From assembly GCA_020053355.1 (NCBI GenBank), contig JAGVNI010000008.1, positions 77,195 to 141,194 of the forward strand: a stretch of DNA of 64,000 nt. Direction: 5' to 3'. The notes below the pieces were generated by a model. The model made no database searches and had not been told where the DNA came from. It saw nothing but the letters and a program-made list of their open reading frames with translations. A program made the position numbers and the translations under genes. Of this stretch, positions 47,426-59,000 are shown one piece after another. Source of the DNA: an archaeon. Lineage in GTDB: Archaea > Micrarchaeota > Micrarchaeia > Anstonellales > Bilamarchaeaceae. The first letter of the stretch is position 1, and the number at the start of each line of letters is the position of its first letter.

Positions 47426-47818
47426 TCATTTTATTCCCAGGACTTCCCTCGCCTTCTCGAAATCCTTTTCAAGGGGGCGGATGGCGACCTCGGTGTAATC
47501 CTGCTTCCTGCTCACTATATAGAGGCTCTCCAGGTTGACGCCGCGGTTGGCGAGCTTCCTGGCGATTTTGCCGAGCTCCCCCGGGCGGTTAATCATCTTG
47601 TAGACGATTGTGTCGGCTTCCCTTACCTGGACGCCTGGAATCTTGGAAAGCGATTTGACTGCGGTGGTGACATCGTTGGTTATCACCCTGAAGACGGCCT
47701 TGCCTTCCGCACCGTAGGCGGAAATCGCCTCGATATTGACCCCCACTGAACCGAGCGTCTCGGCAACCAGCGCAAGCGAACCGACGTCATTCCCGGCTAT
47801 CACTGTAATCTCTTTCAT
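47426..47818 (-). CDS. tandem ACT-domain protein
   Basis: Two roughly 60-aa modules (ITVIAGNDVGSLALVAETLGSVGVNIEAISA and YKMINRPGELGKIARKLANRGVNLESLY) form a bab-bab pattern. The start was refined to MKEITV. Confidence 0.55.
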   Translation of the reverse strand: MKEITVIAGNDVGSLALVAETLGSVGVNIEAISAYGAEGKAVFRVITNDVTTAVKSLSKIPGVQVREADTIVYKMINRPGELGKIARKLANRGVNLESLYIVSRKQDYTEVAIRPLEKDFEKAREVLGIK

Positions 47819-47874
47819 CAGGTACCACCCGCAATGCTTTTCCTTCCCAAAATTAAATAATCTTTCCCTGGCTA

Positions 47875-48198
47875 TTGGCATGCATGGTGACGAAGAAGGA
47901 GATACTGGAGAAGATGAGCCTCGTCACCGACCCCGAGCTCGGAATCAACATCGTTGATTTGGGGCTCGTCTATGACGTGGACATCCGCGCCAAGAAGGAG
48001 GGGGAGATGCAGAAGGTGTTCATCAGGATGACGTTCACCACGCCCGCCTGCCCCCTGATAAACGAGATACTTAACGACGTGACGGCTAAACTCGACGAGT
48101 TCAAGGAACTTGACATCGAACTGTCCGTCGTGTTCGACCCGCCCTGGACGCCGGAGCGGATGTCGGAGCGGGCGAAAATCAGGCTCGGCATGGTTTGA
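47875..48198 (+). CDS. DUF59/MIP18-family Fe-S cluster assembly protein
   Basis: LVTDPELGINIVDLGLVYDV...TTPACP matches the DUF59 conserved Cys region. Confidence 0.6.
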   Translation: MACMVTKKEILEKMSLVTDPELGINIVDLGLVYDVDIRAKKEGEMQKVFIRMTFTTPACPLINEILNDVTAKLDEFKELDIELSVVFDPPWTPERMSERAKIRLGMV

Positions 48199-48246
48199 AG
48201 GAGACGATGAAACGCGGGAAAGGCATCCGCGCAAGGCAGTGATGGT

Positions 48247-49548
48247 ATGAGGATAACATTCTATGGAGGAGCGCAGGAAGTCGGGCGGGCCAGCACCCTG
48301 CTGGATGACGGGAAGCGGAACCTCCTGCTGGATTGCGGCATAAAGCTCGGGGAGAAGACGGAGTATCCCCTGCTGCACGAGGATGAGCTGCGGAGGATAA
48401 ACAGCATAACGGTATCGCATGCGCACCTGGACCACAGCGGCTACCTTCCGCACGTGTATTCGAAGAGGGCGAGGCCGAAGATATTCCTCACCAAGCCGAC
48501 CCGCGATTTGATGGGCGTTCTCCTTGCGGACTATTACCGCATCCACCACGGCGAGCGGGAGCAGCGGAAACTGTTTTCCTCAAAGGACGTGGACGGGGTG
48601 ATGAAGGACGCGGTGATGACCGAATACCACGAGCCGTTCGATGCGGGGTTCCGCACGACGTTCTACTCCGCTGGCCACATCATGGGAAGCGCGATGACGA
48701 TGGTGGAGCACGAGGGGCGCAAAATCCTCTTTTCCGGGGACATCTGCATGCGAAAGACGCGCGTCCTCGACCCCTGCGAGCGGGGCATCGAAGCGGATAC
48801 GCTTATCATGGAAAGCACGTACGGGGCCAAAACCGACATCGTCCCGAGCTTCAAGGACAGCTACCAGAAGATGATAGGAATCATCAACGAGACGCTGAAC
48901 AACGGGGGGCATGTCATCATCCCCAGTTTCGCAGTAGGACGGGCGCAGGAGGTCCTCCTCGCCCTTGACGATTACATGCGTTCCGGAGCCCTTCCGCCGA
49001 CCAAGATATTCATCGACGGCATGATTGACAAGGCCATGAAGATTTACCGCCACAACGCCATCTATGCCAATGACGACATAAAGAGGCGAATCCTGATGAG
49101 CGAGGACGACCCCTTCAAAAGCCCGAATTTCCACCACCCCCGCACCAAGACGAGGGAGGACGTCCTCAAGGAGCCCTGCATCATCGTCACGACATCCGGC
49201 ATGCTTACGGGAGGGCCGGTGCTGTTCTATTTGGAAAAGCTGGGCGGCGACCCGCGCAACTCCCTTATTTTCGTAGGCTACCAGGCCGATGGGACGCCAG
49301 GGAGCCACATCATGGCAGGCAATCGGACCCTGAAACTGAGGGATCGGGAAATCGAATTAGGCCTCCGGGTGGAGAGCGTGAGGCTGACAGGCCACGCGGA
49401 TTTCAACGAGCTCGTGCAGTTCGCGAAATCAGTGAAGGGCCTTAAAAGGATATTCCTGATGCACGGCGAAAAAAGCGACCTGAAAGACGCCCTGGAAGGG
49501 GAGTACGAGGTCGTCATCCCGAGGGTTCTCGAGACCTATTCTGCCTAG
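48247..49548 (+). CDS. beta-CASP metallo-beta-lactamase-fold ribonuclease (aCPSF2-like)
   Basis: The motifs are HAHLDHSGYLP (HxHxDH), GDICMR, and the C-terminal TGHADFNEL (beta-CASP motif C). Length is 433 aa. Confidence 0.75.
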   Translation: MRITFYGGAQEVGRASTLLDDGKRNLLLDCGIKLGEKTEYPLLHEDELRRINSITVSHAHLDHSGYLPHVYSKRARPKIFLTKPTRDLMGVLLADYYRIHHGEREQRKLFSSKDVDGVMKDAVMTEYHEPFDAGFRTTFYSAGHIMGSAMTMVEHEGRKILFSGDICMRKTRVLDPCERGIEADTLIMESTYGAKTDIVPSFKDSYQKMIGIINETLNNGGHVIIPSFAVGRAQEVLLALDDYMRSGALPPTKIFIDGMIDKAMKIYRHNAIYANDDIKRRILMSEDDPFKSPNFHHPRTKTREDVLKEPCIIVTTSGMLTGGPVLFYLEKLGGDPRNSLIFVGYQADGTPGSHIMAGNRTLKLRDREIELGLRVESVRLTGHADFNELVQFAKSVKGLKRIFLMHGEKSDLKDALEGEYEVVIPRVLETYSA

Positions 49549-49638
49549 GCGGGGAAGCGGAAAAACAGGACACAGAACCCGAAACTTAAAAAAAATTAAG
49601 GGATGCGGGGCGGCGGAAGAAAACCGGCCCCCCGCAAA

Positions 49639-51756
49639 CTAGCTATACTCCCAACACTCGGGCTCGCCGATGTAGAATCCCAGCCAGCACGTATGCCCGG
49701 CAATCCCGTCCACGACAGCAGTGATTTTGCCGCTGGTGTGGGGGTCGCCGGTTATCGTATAATCGGTGCCGTTGGTGTCCGCATTCGTCAGCGTCACGCC
49801 GCCCTCGGTCGTCCATACGACGCTCGTGCAGGTCTCGTTGGCGTGCTCGCCGCACATTATGCTGACCCAGCCGTTAGCGCCAGGGAACACGCTGAGCGTG
49901 CTGGAGCCGATTGTGCACCACTGGTTCGAACCGGGGTTGTCCGGGTCGGTGTTGTTCGTGTCGTTGGTGTCGTTCGTGTCGTTGCTGGAGCCGTTTATCA
50001 CGATTATCGGGGCGAGAACGACTTTACCGACCATCGGGTCGGGCATGGTCACCCAGCTCGCGAAACCGCGCAGGTCCCCAGTATCGGGCGAAGCGGGCGC
50101 GTTGTAGGTCGTGCCGTCCGTGCTGGAGTTGCTTGTGCTGCCGCCGAGGCCGTTGACGAGGGAATAATCCGCGTCGTCAGGCTCGCTTTGGGTGTGGTTC
50201 ACGAAGCAGTTGAGGTCGAAGAACTTCGAGGTGCTGATGTTCATGGTCGCGCTGGCGGGTATGAACTCGCACTCGTATTCGCTCCCCAGGCCGTTTTCCG
50301 TCACGTCGATGTCTGAGAGGCAGTGCGCTATGCCGGAGGCGTAGTTGAGCGTGCCGCTCGCGCCAGGCGTGTCAGTCGAATACGCCCATGCGTATGAGCT
50401 GGTCTTGGCCATGAAAGCGCCATCGAGGCTGTCCCAGTACCAGTTTGAGCCGGTACAGGCGACCGGGTCTCCGGCCAAATTCTCGCAGGTAACGGTGAAT
50501 TCCGCGACTGTGAGTGGCGCAAGCTCTAATGCGGGCGGAACTATGGCGCATGTGATTGCGCCTGAGAGGTCCACCGTGTCAGTGCCCGATGCCGCCGAAC
50601 CGCATGTGGCAGAGGCGGTCGTCCCATGGAATGTGAGCACCGTTCCGCCGGAAGCGCCTGCTCCGCGGACAAGGAGCACGTAAAGGTCCTTGTTTGCCCC
50701 GGTTGCTATGTCCTCGTTGAACCCGTTCGATGCCGGGCACCATGAGGGCGGGAAGCCCCAGACGCTGGTGCACTGCGCCACCGGGAACGCGATTACCGTG
50801 TAGTCCGGATTCGAGCTGGATACGCTCGTTATGCGCACCGGGTCGCCGGTGTTGTGTTCAGTCACTTTTACCATAATCACGTCTTCGTCGGTCAGGGAGC
50901 TGCCCGCGCTGACGCTTCCAGGCACCTCGTTGAACGCGACGGTGCCGCCGGATGTTGCCACGGTCACCGTTATCGAATCAGATGCTACGGTCGAACCGAT
51001 TGCCGGCGCATTGTGAGTGAAATAATCGAGCCAGAACCACGAGGGGTTGTCTGGTATGTTGAGCGGGTGCTTGACAACCGCTCCGAAGCAGTTCACGCCG
51101 GAGAGCCGCGTCGATATCGCGTGCGAGCCCGCGGTGTTCACCACGAAGTCTACGTTGCTGGCCGTTGGCATTGCGGAGCTGCCCTTTACGGTCGCGCCGT
51201 CAGCAACTTCGAAAGTACCTTTGCAGAACAGTCCTGCCCCGCCTTCCTTGCCGCTGTGGAATTCGCCGGTGTTGTTGTTATATGTCACCGGCTCGTTGTA
51301 GAAGTTCGACTCTCCAAGGGCGCTGTATTTCGCAGGGTCCTGGGAGAAATCGTTGGCATCGCCGAATGTCTTATGGGTGTTCCATGTCGATGCGGAAAGC
51401 CAGCCGATGTTCTTGTTAGAGCTGACGCCGCCGGCCGAGGTCATGGGCGGGCAATATCCTCCGCCGCACGTCGGATAGATTGCAGTGGCGGCAAAATCGG
51501 GAGTTGCCCATTTGGTACTGACAGTTGGCACTACACGGAGTGTTGCACCCGTACAGACCTCATCCCCAGTCTGCAGGTTGTTCGGGTCGCCGCTGGCAAC
51601 CTCGCCTGAAACAAGCTGGAGCGTGAAATCGCTCGTGAATTGCATATCCGTGTCGAAATGCCATGTCGAATCCGAGCCCTGGTAGTTCGCGTTGTTCACA
51701 TTTGTTGCGAACGCGGATGCCGCGAGCACGAATATCATGGCCAGTAGTTTTTTCAT
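49639..51756 (-). CDS. large secreted Thr/Ser/Gly-rich surface protein
   Basis: The start was refined to MKKLLAMIFVLAASAFA, a signal peptide with a GGTGGGAGGA Shine-Dalgarno just upstream. The C-terminus is NDTNDTNDTNNTDPDNPGSN. Cys pairs are scattered through the protein. Confidence 0.5.
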   Translation of the reverse strand: MKKLLAMIFVLAASAFATNVNNANYQGSDSTWHFDTDMQFTSDFTLQLVSGEVASGDPNNLQTGDEVCTGATLRVVPTVSTKWATPDFAATAIYPTCGGGYCPPMTSAGGVSSNKNIGWLSASTWNTHKTFGDANDFSQDPAKYSALGESNFYNEPVTYNNNTGEFHSGKEGGAGLFCKGTFEVADGATVKGSSAMPTASNVDFVVNTAGSHAISTRLSGVNCFGAVVKHPLNIPDNPSWFWLDYFTHNAPAIGSTVASDSITVTVATSGGTVAFNEVPGSVSAGSSLTDEDVIMVKVTEHNTGDPVRITSVSSSNPDYTVIAFPVAQCTSVWGFPPSWCPASNGFNEDIATGANKDLYVLLVRGAGASGGTVLTFHGTTASATCGSAASGTDTVDLSGAITCAIVPPALELAPLTVAEFTVTCENLAGDPVACTGSNWYWDSLDGAFMAKTSSYAWAYSTDTPGASGTLNYASGIAHCLSDIDVTENGLGSEYECEFIPASATMNISTSKFFDLNCFVNHTQSEPDDADYSLVNGLGGSTSNSSTDGTTYNAPASPDTGDLRGFASWVTMPDPMVGKVVLAPIIVINGSSNDTNDTNDTNNTDPDNPGSNQWCTIGSSTLSVFPGANGWVSIMCGEHANETCTSVVWTTEGGVTLTNADTNGTDYTITGDPHTSGKITAVVDGIAGHTCWLGFYIGEPECWEYS

Positions 51757-51769
51757 GTCCTCCCACCCT

Positions 51770-53719
51770 TCACTGACTTCTCCTCCTTCTCGGGACAGCT
51801 GACCCGACTGCTTTGTCACCCGAAGACTTCTGGCTCTCTCCTCCCCCGAACCAGAGCTGGGGTGTCAATGTGATGTTGAGCCCACCATAGGGCGTCGCCG
51901 GGATGCGGTCTTCCTCCCTGCCGCCGACCTCGCCGATATAGCCGCCCCGGATGTCTACCGAAACGCCTCGGTCGTAGCGGAACCCGAATGTCCCGTATCC
52001 GTCAAGCGTGTGGTAGAGGGCCTCGCCAGTCGCATCGTAGCGCGTCGAGTACCTGAAGCCGGGACCGAAGAAAAGGCTCCAGCCCTCGGCCACCTGCCAG
52101 TTGAAATCCGCCGGGCGGATGTCCACCATGCTTCCGTGCTGCTCAAGGAAGTGCTGGTAGCCGAGTGTCGCCTGTGAGCGGATTCTCATCGTGTTGCCTT
52201 CGTACCAGTTGCCATCGAATGTGACGTTGGCGTATGCATTCACCGGGCTCCCCACCGCGCCGACGCTCACCGAGGACATCCTCACCATCATGCGCTGGCC
52301 TTCACGTCCGGGGAAATTGATTTGCGCTCCCCACGGGCCGATGTATGCGCCAGCCTGCGAGGTTTCAAGGCGCTGGGAACCGCCCCCTTGGGTCGGAACG
52401 TCAGCTCCGATTGTGTATGCCTGGTAGCCGACGTTGCAATGGAACACCATCTCCACAGGGTGGCTCCATGCGCTGAACCCGAGTGCGAGCTGCGGGGTGA
52501 CGCTGAAAACGTCGCCCGTGCCTTCCACCCTCCGGCGGCTCACTTCATTCACCGAACCGGGCGAGCCGCCCGTCCCGGGAGTGACAGCGAGCTGCCTCAA
52601 TTGCCCCGAAAGGAGGAGGCGTTCGTAATTCAGGCCGAGCGCCAGCCACAGGATGCGGGGCTCGAACGAGCCTGATGCCGAGCCGCGGATGAATGACGTG
52701 AATGCCGCCTGGTTCTCATCGAATTCGTAGCGCGCGGTGACGCCGGCCCTCATCACCGTGACAGCCCTTTGGTTGATTGAGATGACATAGAGGTTGTTCA
52801 TCTGCCCATAAAGCGCGTTGAATGAAGTTTCCTGCGAAAGCTCGCTAAGGGCTGTGCGGAGGTCGCCCCGCTGCAGAGCCTGCATGGCGCTGTTGAAGTG
52901 GGGGTGGATTGTGCTGTTCCAGATTTCCTTGTCATGGGGAATCGCATTGAGGGCGCTGTAGAGCGACGTCGCTGCGGCCTGCTGTGCAGCGAGGTCGTTT
53001 GGATGGTTCGCCATGGTCGCATATGCGTTAGCCATCGCGTTGATGCCAGCCGTTGCAGTGGCATTTCCGCCGAACATGGAATCCAGGGCAGGGGTGCTCG
53101 AGGCGTTGAGGGCGACGACCGATTCGCTTGAAGAGCTTGAAAGCAGGTGGATGGGGCCAAGGTCGCGGAGCGGCGTCTCAATCAGCGGAAGGGCCGTCGC
53201 AGTCGTCGTGGTGTCCGTTGCCGTCGGAGCGGCCACAGCCTCCCCGCCGCGGGCGACGCGCAATAACGAGGTCACTATGTTTCCAATGGCCTCGTATGCC
53301 AGGAAGCTCGCGGTGCCGGCGCCGATTCCGGCGTCGATTGGCGTGAGCATGGCTTCCACATTTGGAGCGGCCGTGCCCATGTCCCCCCCGGCCACAACCA
53401 GCGTGTTCAGCCTGCGGATTGACACGATATGGGAATTCGTAAGGAATGTGACTGCCCCGTCGCGGCCGTTGTCTTCGCCGAGCGTTGCAACTGCGGCGTC
53501 ATAGACCGCCCTGCGCGCATCGCCTTCGGGGGGCCTGGAGCCGCGCACGATTTCGAGTATCTCGCCGATTCTCACCGCATTGTTTGCCGCGGCAAGCGCC
53601 GTAGGCGCGTTGGTTGGATGAGTTGCGCTCATGGCAGATGGAAGCTGCCGAATTATCGCCAAGTGCTGCTCGTACCCAGTTGATTCCGCCGGTCTTTCCC
53701 TTTGCGCAGTTCCGCCCAT
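51770..53719 (-). CDS. large secreted protein, paralog of 53798..56005, with beta-rich C-terminal domain
   Basis: An AGGTGA Shine-Dalgarno lies 5 nt upstream. The shared block is IPHDKEIWNSTIHPHFNSAMQALQRGDLRTAL. The C-terminal 200 aa show alternating aromatic/Gly periodicity. Confidence 0.45.
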   Translation of the reverse strand: MGGTAQRERPAESTGYEQHLAIIRQLPSAMSATHPTNAPTALAAANNAVRIGEILEIVRGSRPPEGDARRAVYDAAVATLGEDNGRDGAVTFLTNSHIVSIRRLNTLVVAGGDMGTAAPNVEAMLTPIDAGIGAGTASFLAYEAIGNIVTSLLRVARGGEAVAAPTATDTTTTATALPLIETPLRDLGPIHLLSSSSSESVVALNASSTPALDSMFGGNATATAGINAMANAYATMANHPNDLAAQQAAATSLYSALNAIPHDKEIWNSTIHPHFNSAMQALQRGDLRTALSELSQETSFNALYGQMNNLYVISINQRAVTVMRAGVTARYEFDENQAAFTSFIRGSASGSFEPRILWLALGLNYERLLLSGQLRQLAVTPGTGGSPGSVNEVSRRRVEGTGDVFSVTPQLALGFSAWSHPVEMVFHCNVGYQAYTIGADVPTQGGGSQRLETSQAGAYIGPWGAQINFPGREGQRMMVRMSSVSVGAVGSPVNAYANVTFDGNWYEGNTMRIRSQATLGYQHFLEQHGSMVDIRPADFNWQVAEGWSLFFGPGFRYSTRYDATGEALYHTLDGYGTFGFRYDRGVSVDIRGGYIGEVGGREEDRIPATPYGGLNITLTPQLWFGGGESQKSSGDKAVGSAVPRRRRSQ

Positions 53720-53797
53720 AGTTTCACCTTATAATTATCGGTAAAAATAAGGGTGAAAGGTTATTAAAAAGCGTCAGGCGGAGACTGGCGCAGGCGC

Positions 53798-56005
53798 TCA
53801 TTTGTTTCCACCTGAGCCCGAGCCCGTGCCCGTGGTTACGCCGCCATCCACCCGGACCGCGCTCGTACCGCTGCTGCTTGAGAACCAGGCAGCCGGAGTG
53901 AGGATGACATTCAGCATGCCAGTTACGGTCCTTGGGACATGGAAGGCTTCATCGCCGCCCACGTCTGTCACCCATCCGACGCGCGCATCCAGGGCGAGTC
54001 CGCCGGGTGCCCACCGCCAGCTTGCATGGCCGTATGGCTCGAATGTGTGTATGCCCTGCTCTATGTTGGCGGTGTATTGGAGGCCCGGCCCGAGATACAC
54101 GGTGTGCCCGTTGCCCGTCTGGACTGTGAAATCCAGGGGGCGGAGGTCGCCGCCGACGCGGTTCTGGAAGAACAGCGGGTTCTCGAAACCTTCCTGCCGC
54201 CTTCCCCAGAAGAGCATGTACTGCGGCGTGAGCGAATGCTCGAGACGCATCGAGTTGCCGACGAACGACCGCGCGGTCAGGGTGAAGTAGGCGTAAGGGT
54301 TCAGGTTGAACATGCCGATTCCCCACCTGCTTAGCCTGAATGCGTTGTTCCTCGCTTCGTAGCCGACCATCGCGGCATCGAAATTCAGCATGCCGTATAT
54401 GGTGCCGGAGTCCACCGACAGCGTCCTTCCGCTCTCGTCCGGCGCCTGGATGCCCCACCAGAGGTATCCAAGGCGGGCAGAGAGCGTGGCTTCGACAGGC
54501 TGCTTGAACATGGTTCCTCCGAAAGTGATGCCGGCCATGCCGTCTACTGCATGGCCTTCGCCATCAACAGCGCGCGCCGAGCCTACCGGCGTCAGGCGGA
54601 ATGAGTTGAGGTCAAGGCTGTAAGCCTGGAGCCTTCCGCTCATAAGAAGATTGGAGTAGTTCGCGCCGATATTGTAGTAAAGCACGTCCCACGGGTATGC
54701 CCTGCCTTCGGTGCCCTGCCTGAAAGAGAGGAACTCCGCCGGATTGGTGCCGTCCGGGAACCGCAGGGTTATCCCTGTCCGGATGCGCGCGATGGCCCTC
54801 TGGCTGAGAGTGAGCTGGTTGAGGTTGCCGAGAGTGGACCAGACCGCATTGAACGCGGTTTCGCTGCGGAGGGCCGCGAGGCCTCCGCGAAGGTCACCCT
54901 GGGCGAGAGCGGTCATCGCCGCGTTGAAGCCGGGCCTTGACCAGATTTCTTTATCAGAGGGAATCTGGCTGAGCGCGGAATGCAATGCATGCGCCGCATT
55001 CGCCTGCGCCGCGGGGTCATTTGGAGAGTTGGTCAGCGTTTCCATGGCGTCAGCCCAGACGGTGAGCGCGCCCTGCGCTATGCCTGCCCCGCCGAAAAGG
55101 GAGTTCAGGGCGGGCGTGCTCTCCGGGTCTGCCATGACGAACCTGCCCTGGCCGAATCCGCTCAGCATGAAATCCGAGCCGTAGTAGAACGGAATCGTCT
55201 CAATGGACGGAAGCGGCGGAACCTGTGTCAGGGGGTCCTCCACTCTCGGTGCAGCGGTTTCCGTGCACACTTCCCCGCCGTGCATCATGCGCACGAGGCA
55301 CTGGACGGTGTTGCCGGCACGCTCCAGCGTCGTGGTGGTGCCCTGCGGCCCGCCTATAGTATTATCAAGGTCGACGAGCCTCTGCTCGAGAGCAGCTGCA
55401 TCCGCGCCCAGGCCTGCCGGAGTCTGAGCAAGGCGCCTGAGGTTTCCCATGCCGCGCACAAGCGCGGTGTCGATTGCGGCAACAGCCGCGTCGGCGCCGC
55501 CCCATGTGCGTATCGCTGAATCATAAGCCGCCCGTTCGGGGGTGGCCTGCTGGCCATCGGCAGGAGCTGCCGGAGGGCTCCGTACCAGGTCCCGAAGCTG
55601 GAACATGCGCACAAGATTGGTCGTGAGAACGTCCGCGGCATTCACGTTTGCCGGATGCGTGTTGCTTTCAACTGCGGCTGCCATCGCCCCGGGGAGGCCC
55701 TCGATTGCCGTGGCCGTCGGTGCCGGAGCGGACGTAGGCGATGCCGGCGCTGATACAGGAACTGCATCCGCCGAGCCTGCTTCTGCGACTGCGGTGGCAG
55801 AGGCGTCTGGTTGCGGTGCTACCCCGCCGTCAGGCCCGTTCTGCGCGCGGGCGAATCCCGGCGCTATGAATAGTGCGATTCCGAGGGCTCCCGCTGCGGC
55901 GATTTCCCTCAAACGGCTGTTCCTCGCCGATTCGGCCGTCCTTGCGGCGCTGCCCTTGCATCCATCCAGTGCATTTTCCGAAACATTGTCATGTCTGAGT
56001 TTCAC
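53798..56005 (-). CDS. large secreted protein, paralog of 51770..53719
   Basis: A signal-like segment GALGIALFIAPGFARAQ is present. Blocks such as IPSDKEIWSRPGFNAAMTALAQGDLRGGL are conserved with the paralog. The start is probably GTG. Confidence 0.45.
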   Translation of the reverse strand: MKLRHDNVSENALDGCKGSAARTAESARNSRLREIAAAGALGIALFIAPGFARAQNGPDGGVAPQPDASATAVAEAGSADAVPVSAPASPTSAPAPTATAIEGLPGAMAAAVESNTHPANVNAADVLTTNLVRMFQLRDLVRSPPAAPADGQQATPERAAYDSAIRTWGGADAAVAAIDTALVRGMGNLRRLAQTPAGLGADAAALEQRLVDLDNTIGGPQGTTTTLERAGNTVQCLVRMMHGGEVCTETAAPRVEDPLTQVPPLPSIETIPFYYGSDFMLSGFGQGRFVMADPESTPALNSLFGGAGIAQGALTVWADAMETLTNSPNDPAAQANAAHALHSALSQIPSDKEIWSRPGFNAAMTALAQGDLRGGLAALRSETAFNAVWSTLGNLNQLTLSQRAIARIRTGITLRFPDGTNPAEFLSFRQGTEGRAYPWDVLYYNIGANYSNLLMSGRLQAYSLDLNSFRLTPVGSARAVDGEGHAVDGMAGITFGGTMFKQPVEATLSARLGYLWWGIQAPDESGRTLSVDSGTIYGMLNFDAAMVGYEARNNAFRLSRWGIGMFNLNPYAYFTLTARSFVGNSMRLEHSLTPQYMLFWGRRQEGFENPLFFQNRVGGDLRPLDFTVQTGNGHTVYLGPGLQYTANIEQGIHTFEPYGHASWRWAPGGLALDARVGWVTDVGGDEAFHVPRTVTGMLNVILTPAAWFSSSSGTSAVRVDGGVTTGTGSGSGGNK

Positions 56006-56078
56006 GCATTCTCCCTCCCTATTTTTTATTATTCAGGGGCGTCTCCGCCCCCGACCCACCCTAATGAATGCTATCCGC

Positions 56079-59000
56079 TCATTTCTTGCGCGCTGACGAT
56101 GACGGCGCCGCAGGCTGTGCAGGCGGCGTTGCCGGCCTGGACGTAGCGGTTGCAGGCGGCTGCGCGTTCGATGCGCTCGGCCGGACAATCAATACCGGCG
56201 TAATCGGACCGTAGTTTACCACGGTCTGCTGTGTCGACGAGCGCGCGAAAGCGACCGACTGGATGTTGGCCTCGAGACGCGTGTCCCGCACAGGGTCCAT
56301 CGTGCCCGACCTCATCTCGAAGAGGATATTCTCCGGCCTGATGCGGCCGTCTGCCTCGGCGACGACTGCCCACTCAAGGTCGCGGGACGGCGCATCCACC
56401 CTCCTCACGCGGACGACGAAATCGCCGGTCCTGCCGTCAGTCGTTGTGGCTCCGCGCTGCACCATGCCCACGTATCTTGGCTGCGTCGTGTCGCGGTACT
56501 GCGGATTCAGCAGGAGCATGCCCGTCGAGGGCTGTATGTCCTGGAACATGAACCAGTAATAGGTCAGGTTCTGCCTGCCGTTCGTCCGCTCGTATTCCTC
56601 GAGCGTCACCGGGCTTCCGCCCTGCGGGGTTATCATGGTCCGTGTGGCGGTGAATGTCACGATTGTCTCGCGGTCGTTGCGGTCGTTCACGCGGGTGCTG
56701 CGGTCCTGTGTGATTGCATCCGTCGGAACCATCGCGGTTATCCGCGGGGTTATCGGCCTTTCAATGACGCGCACCTCGGAGTCGGTAAGGCTGGCAATCC
56801 CCATCTCGGCGATGCCGATTGCTTCCCTCGGGTCTACGCCGCCCCTGCCGAAGTAGTCGGTTCCGAGTGCGGCTGCGAACCTCGTCCTGAGAGCGCGCGC
56901 TTCAGCGAGCATCTCCTGCGCCCGGACGACCGTGTATTTCCTCGGGTCCCTTGAGCGCGTGAGGTCGCTTGCGCGTATTGGCTGGCCGTCTGCCAGCATC
57001 ACGTTGCCGCTTAGCCTCGCATCCAGTTGCGCAATCCTAACATCGAGGATGGCGAGCATGATTCTGTTGGATTCCTGCTGGCGCTCGCCCAGGAGGCGCG
57101 TGCGCGTGGCATCATCCGCCCCTGCAAGCGCCGTGGAATATGCCGTAGCGGTTGTCTGCATCCTCTCGCGAAGAGAATCGATTAGCGGCCGGTCTGCCGG
57201 AAGGTTGTATTCGCGCGCAATCGCAATCAGCCTGTCTTTCAGGGCCTGGTCCTGCGCCCTGAACTGCGCTTCAGTCCGAACAGGATATGCATTCGGCGCG
57301 ACTTCGAAGCCGTGGAGCAGCGGGTCCACGCCCGGGTCGACCGACATGTAGAACTGCCTCGAGACTTCGACATATGTCTGACCGTGGACATACTTGTCCA
57401 CATCCTCATGGCCGTGGTTGCCCAAATCCGGGCTGGCCGTAATCGTTCTCGGAAGCGCATGGGTATCCAGGGGCGCGACGGTCGGCCGTGCCCTCCTTTG
57501 GACAGGATAATAATCCGGATACTCACCAAGCGGAGCGACTGTCCAGGTGAATTGGGGGGTTTCCCTGCCCACGCTCAGTCCAAGTGCGTTTGTCGGGCCG
57601 GCGAGGCCTGCCGACGCAAGCGTGGTTTCTGCCGCTGAAGGCGAAAAGAGCGCGGCGCTTGAGCCTGAAGCAAGGCTGGTAAGGAATGTAAGGTACAGCT
57701 GCTCCCCGGTCTGGCCGCTCGCTATCTGCTCGTTCAATGTCGGCAGCCAGGTGGTGGTTTGAGGAACGCTGCTCGGGCGCGGCGCATTCCCGTAGTATGC
57801 GCGCGTGAAGAACATGCCTGGCGCTTCCGTGTATGAGAACCCGGGCCCCATGAGCATGCTGGTCGCATCGTCAGCGAGCCGCCTTGCCATATTGGCATGG
57901 TATGCTGTCCCCACTTGCCGGTTCGAGAAGCTCCAAAGGAATGCTGCCCTTGCTCGGGTGAGCTGCTCTGCCGCGCCGGTTGTCGTGGCAGCCGGAGAGC
58001 TTGGCCTGAAGGACGGGTTAGCCGCCCATAGCTCCGCTTCCCTAATCGAAAGGAGGCCGAGTGTAACATTATAGAGCGTGTCGGCAGCCGATATGCGTGC
58101 TGCATCGGTGGTTGGCTCGGTCGCAGTGCTTGTCAGCCAAGCGCGTGCAGCAACCAGGACCCTATCGTCTGCCCTCATCCCGCTGTCCGTTGCAGACTGC
58201 ACAGCCCGTTCAAGCATGCCCCGGACGAATACAAAGCGGCGGTGCGGCACCGTAGGCGTCAGCTGGGCGAGCTCATCTGACGATAGCATCTCCCCCTGGG
58301 CATTCATGAGCTGCCTCCCCTGGTCATCGCGGATGACCGGAGGCACGTTAGCGAGATAAGGCGCGTATTCCATTTCCGTGACGACCCTTAGCGTACGGAC
58401 GCTTGCCAGCCTCGGGATTCCGGTTGCGCCTGAGGGGGTGTTCAACTTCGCGACCTGCTCGAAGACGTTGAAGAGCGTATAATCGTATTTCAGCGGAAGG
58501 TTCCTCATGAACCGCTCGGTAAGCTCCCGTCTTGCCGTCGCCTCCTGCGCGGTCGTCGGGTTCACTCCCACCGGCAGGTTCAGGTGCGCGCGGATGAGCG
58601 CCATCTGCTGATCCCTCGTGTACAGGTCCCGAAACGGATTGAGTTCGGGAGCGGCAAAAAGGGCGACAGCGGCAGTGTAGTTCTGGTAGAACGTCGATGC
58701 TTCCCCATTAGTGCTAAGGCTGTGGCTGTTGGCGTAGTCCCAGAGGCTGATGAGGTAGTGGATGTTCCGGGTTTCTGCCCTCGTGTCATTGTAAAGGTCC
58801 GTCACGGCGTAGTATGCGAGCCTGCCGCTCTGGCCGGACATGGCGGTGGCTGCGTCAAGGCGCCTCTGCGCTACTGCTTCGAGGTCGCTCCTTGCCGTCG
58901 GGATGCGGCGCTGCACCCTGCCTTCGCGCGGAACCCTCAGGTTGTAGTATGCGCCTGCGGACTGACCGTCCTGGCGCTCGCGCGCAGTCAGCTGCTCGCG

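Noticed and set aside
48580-49308. 242-aa minus-strand ORF inside the beta-CASP RNase gene
   Set aside because: It is antisense to a gene with HxHxDH and beta-CASP motifs.
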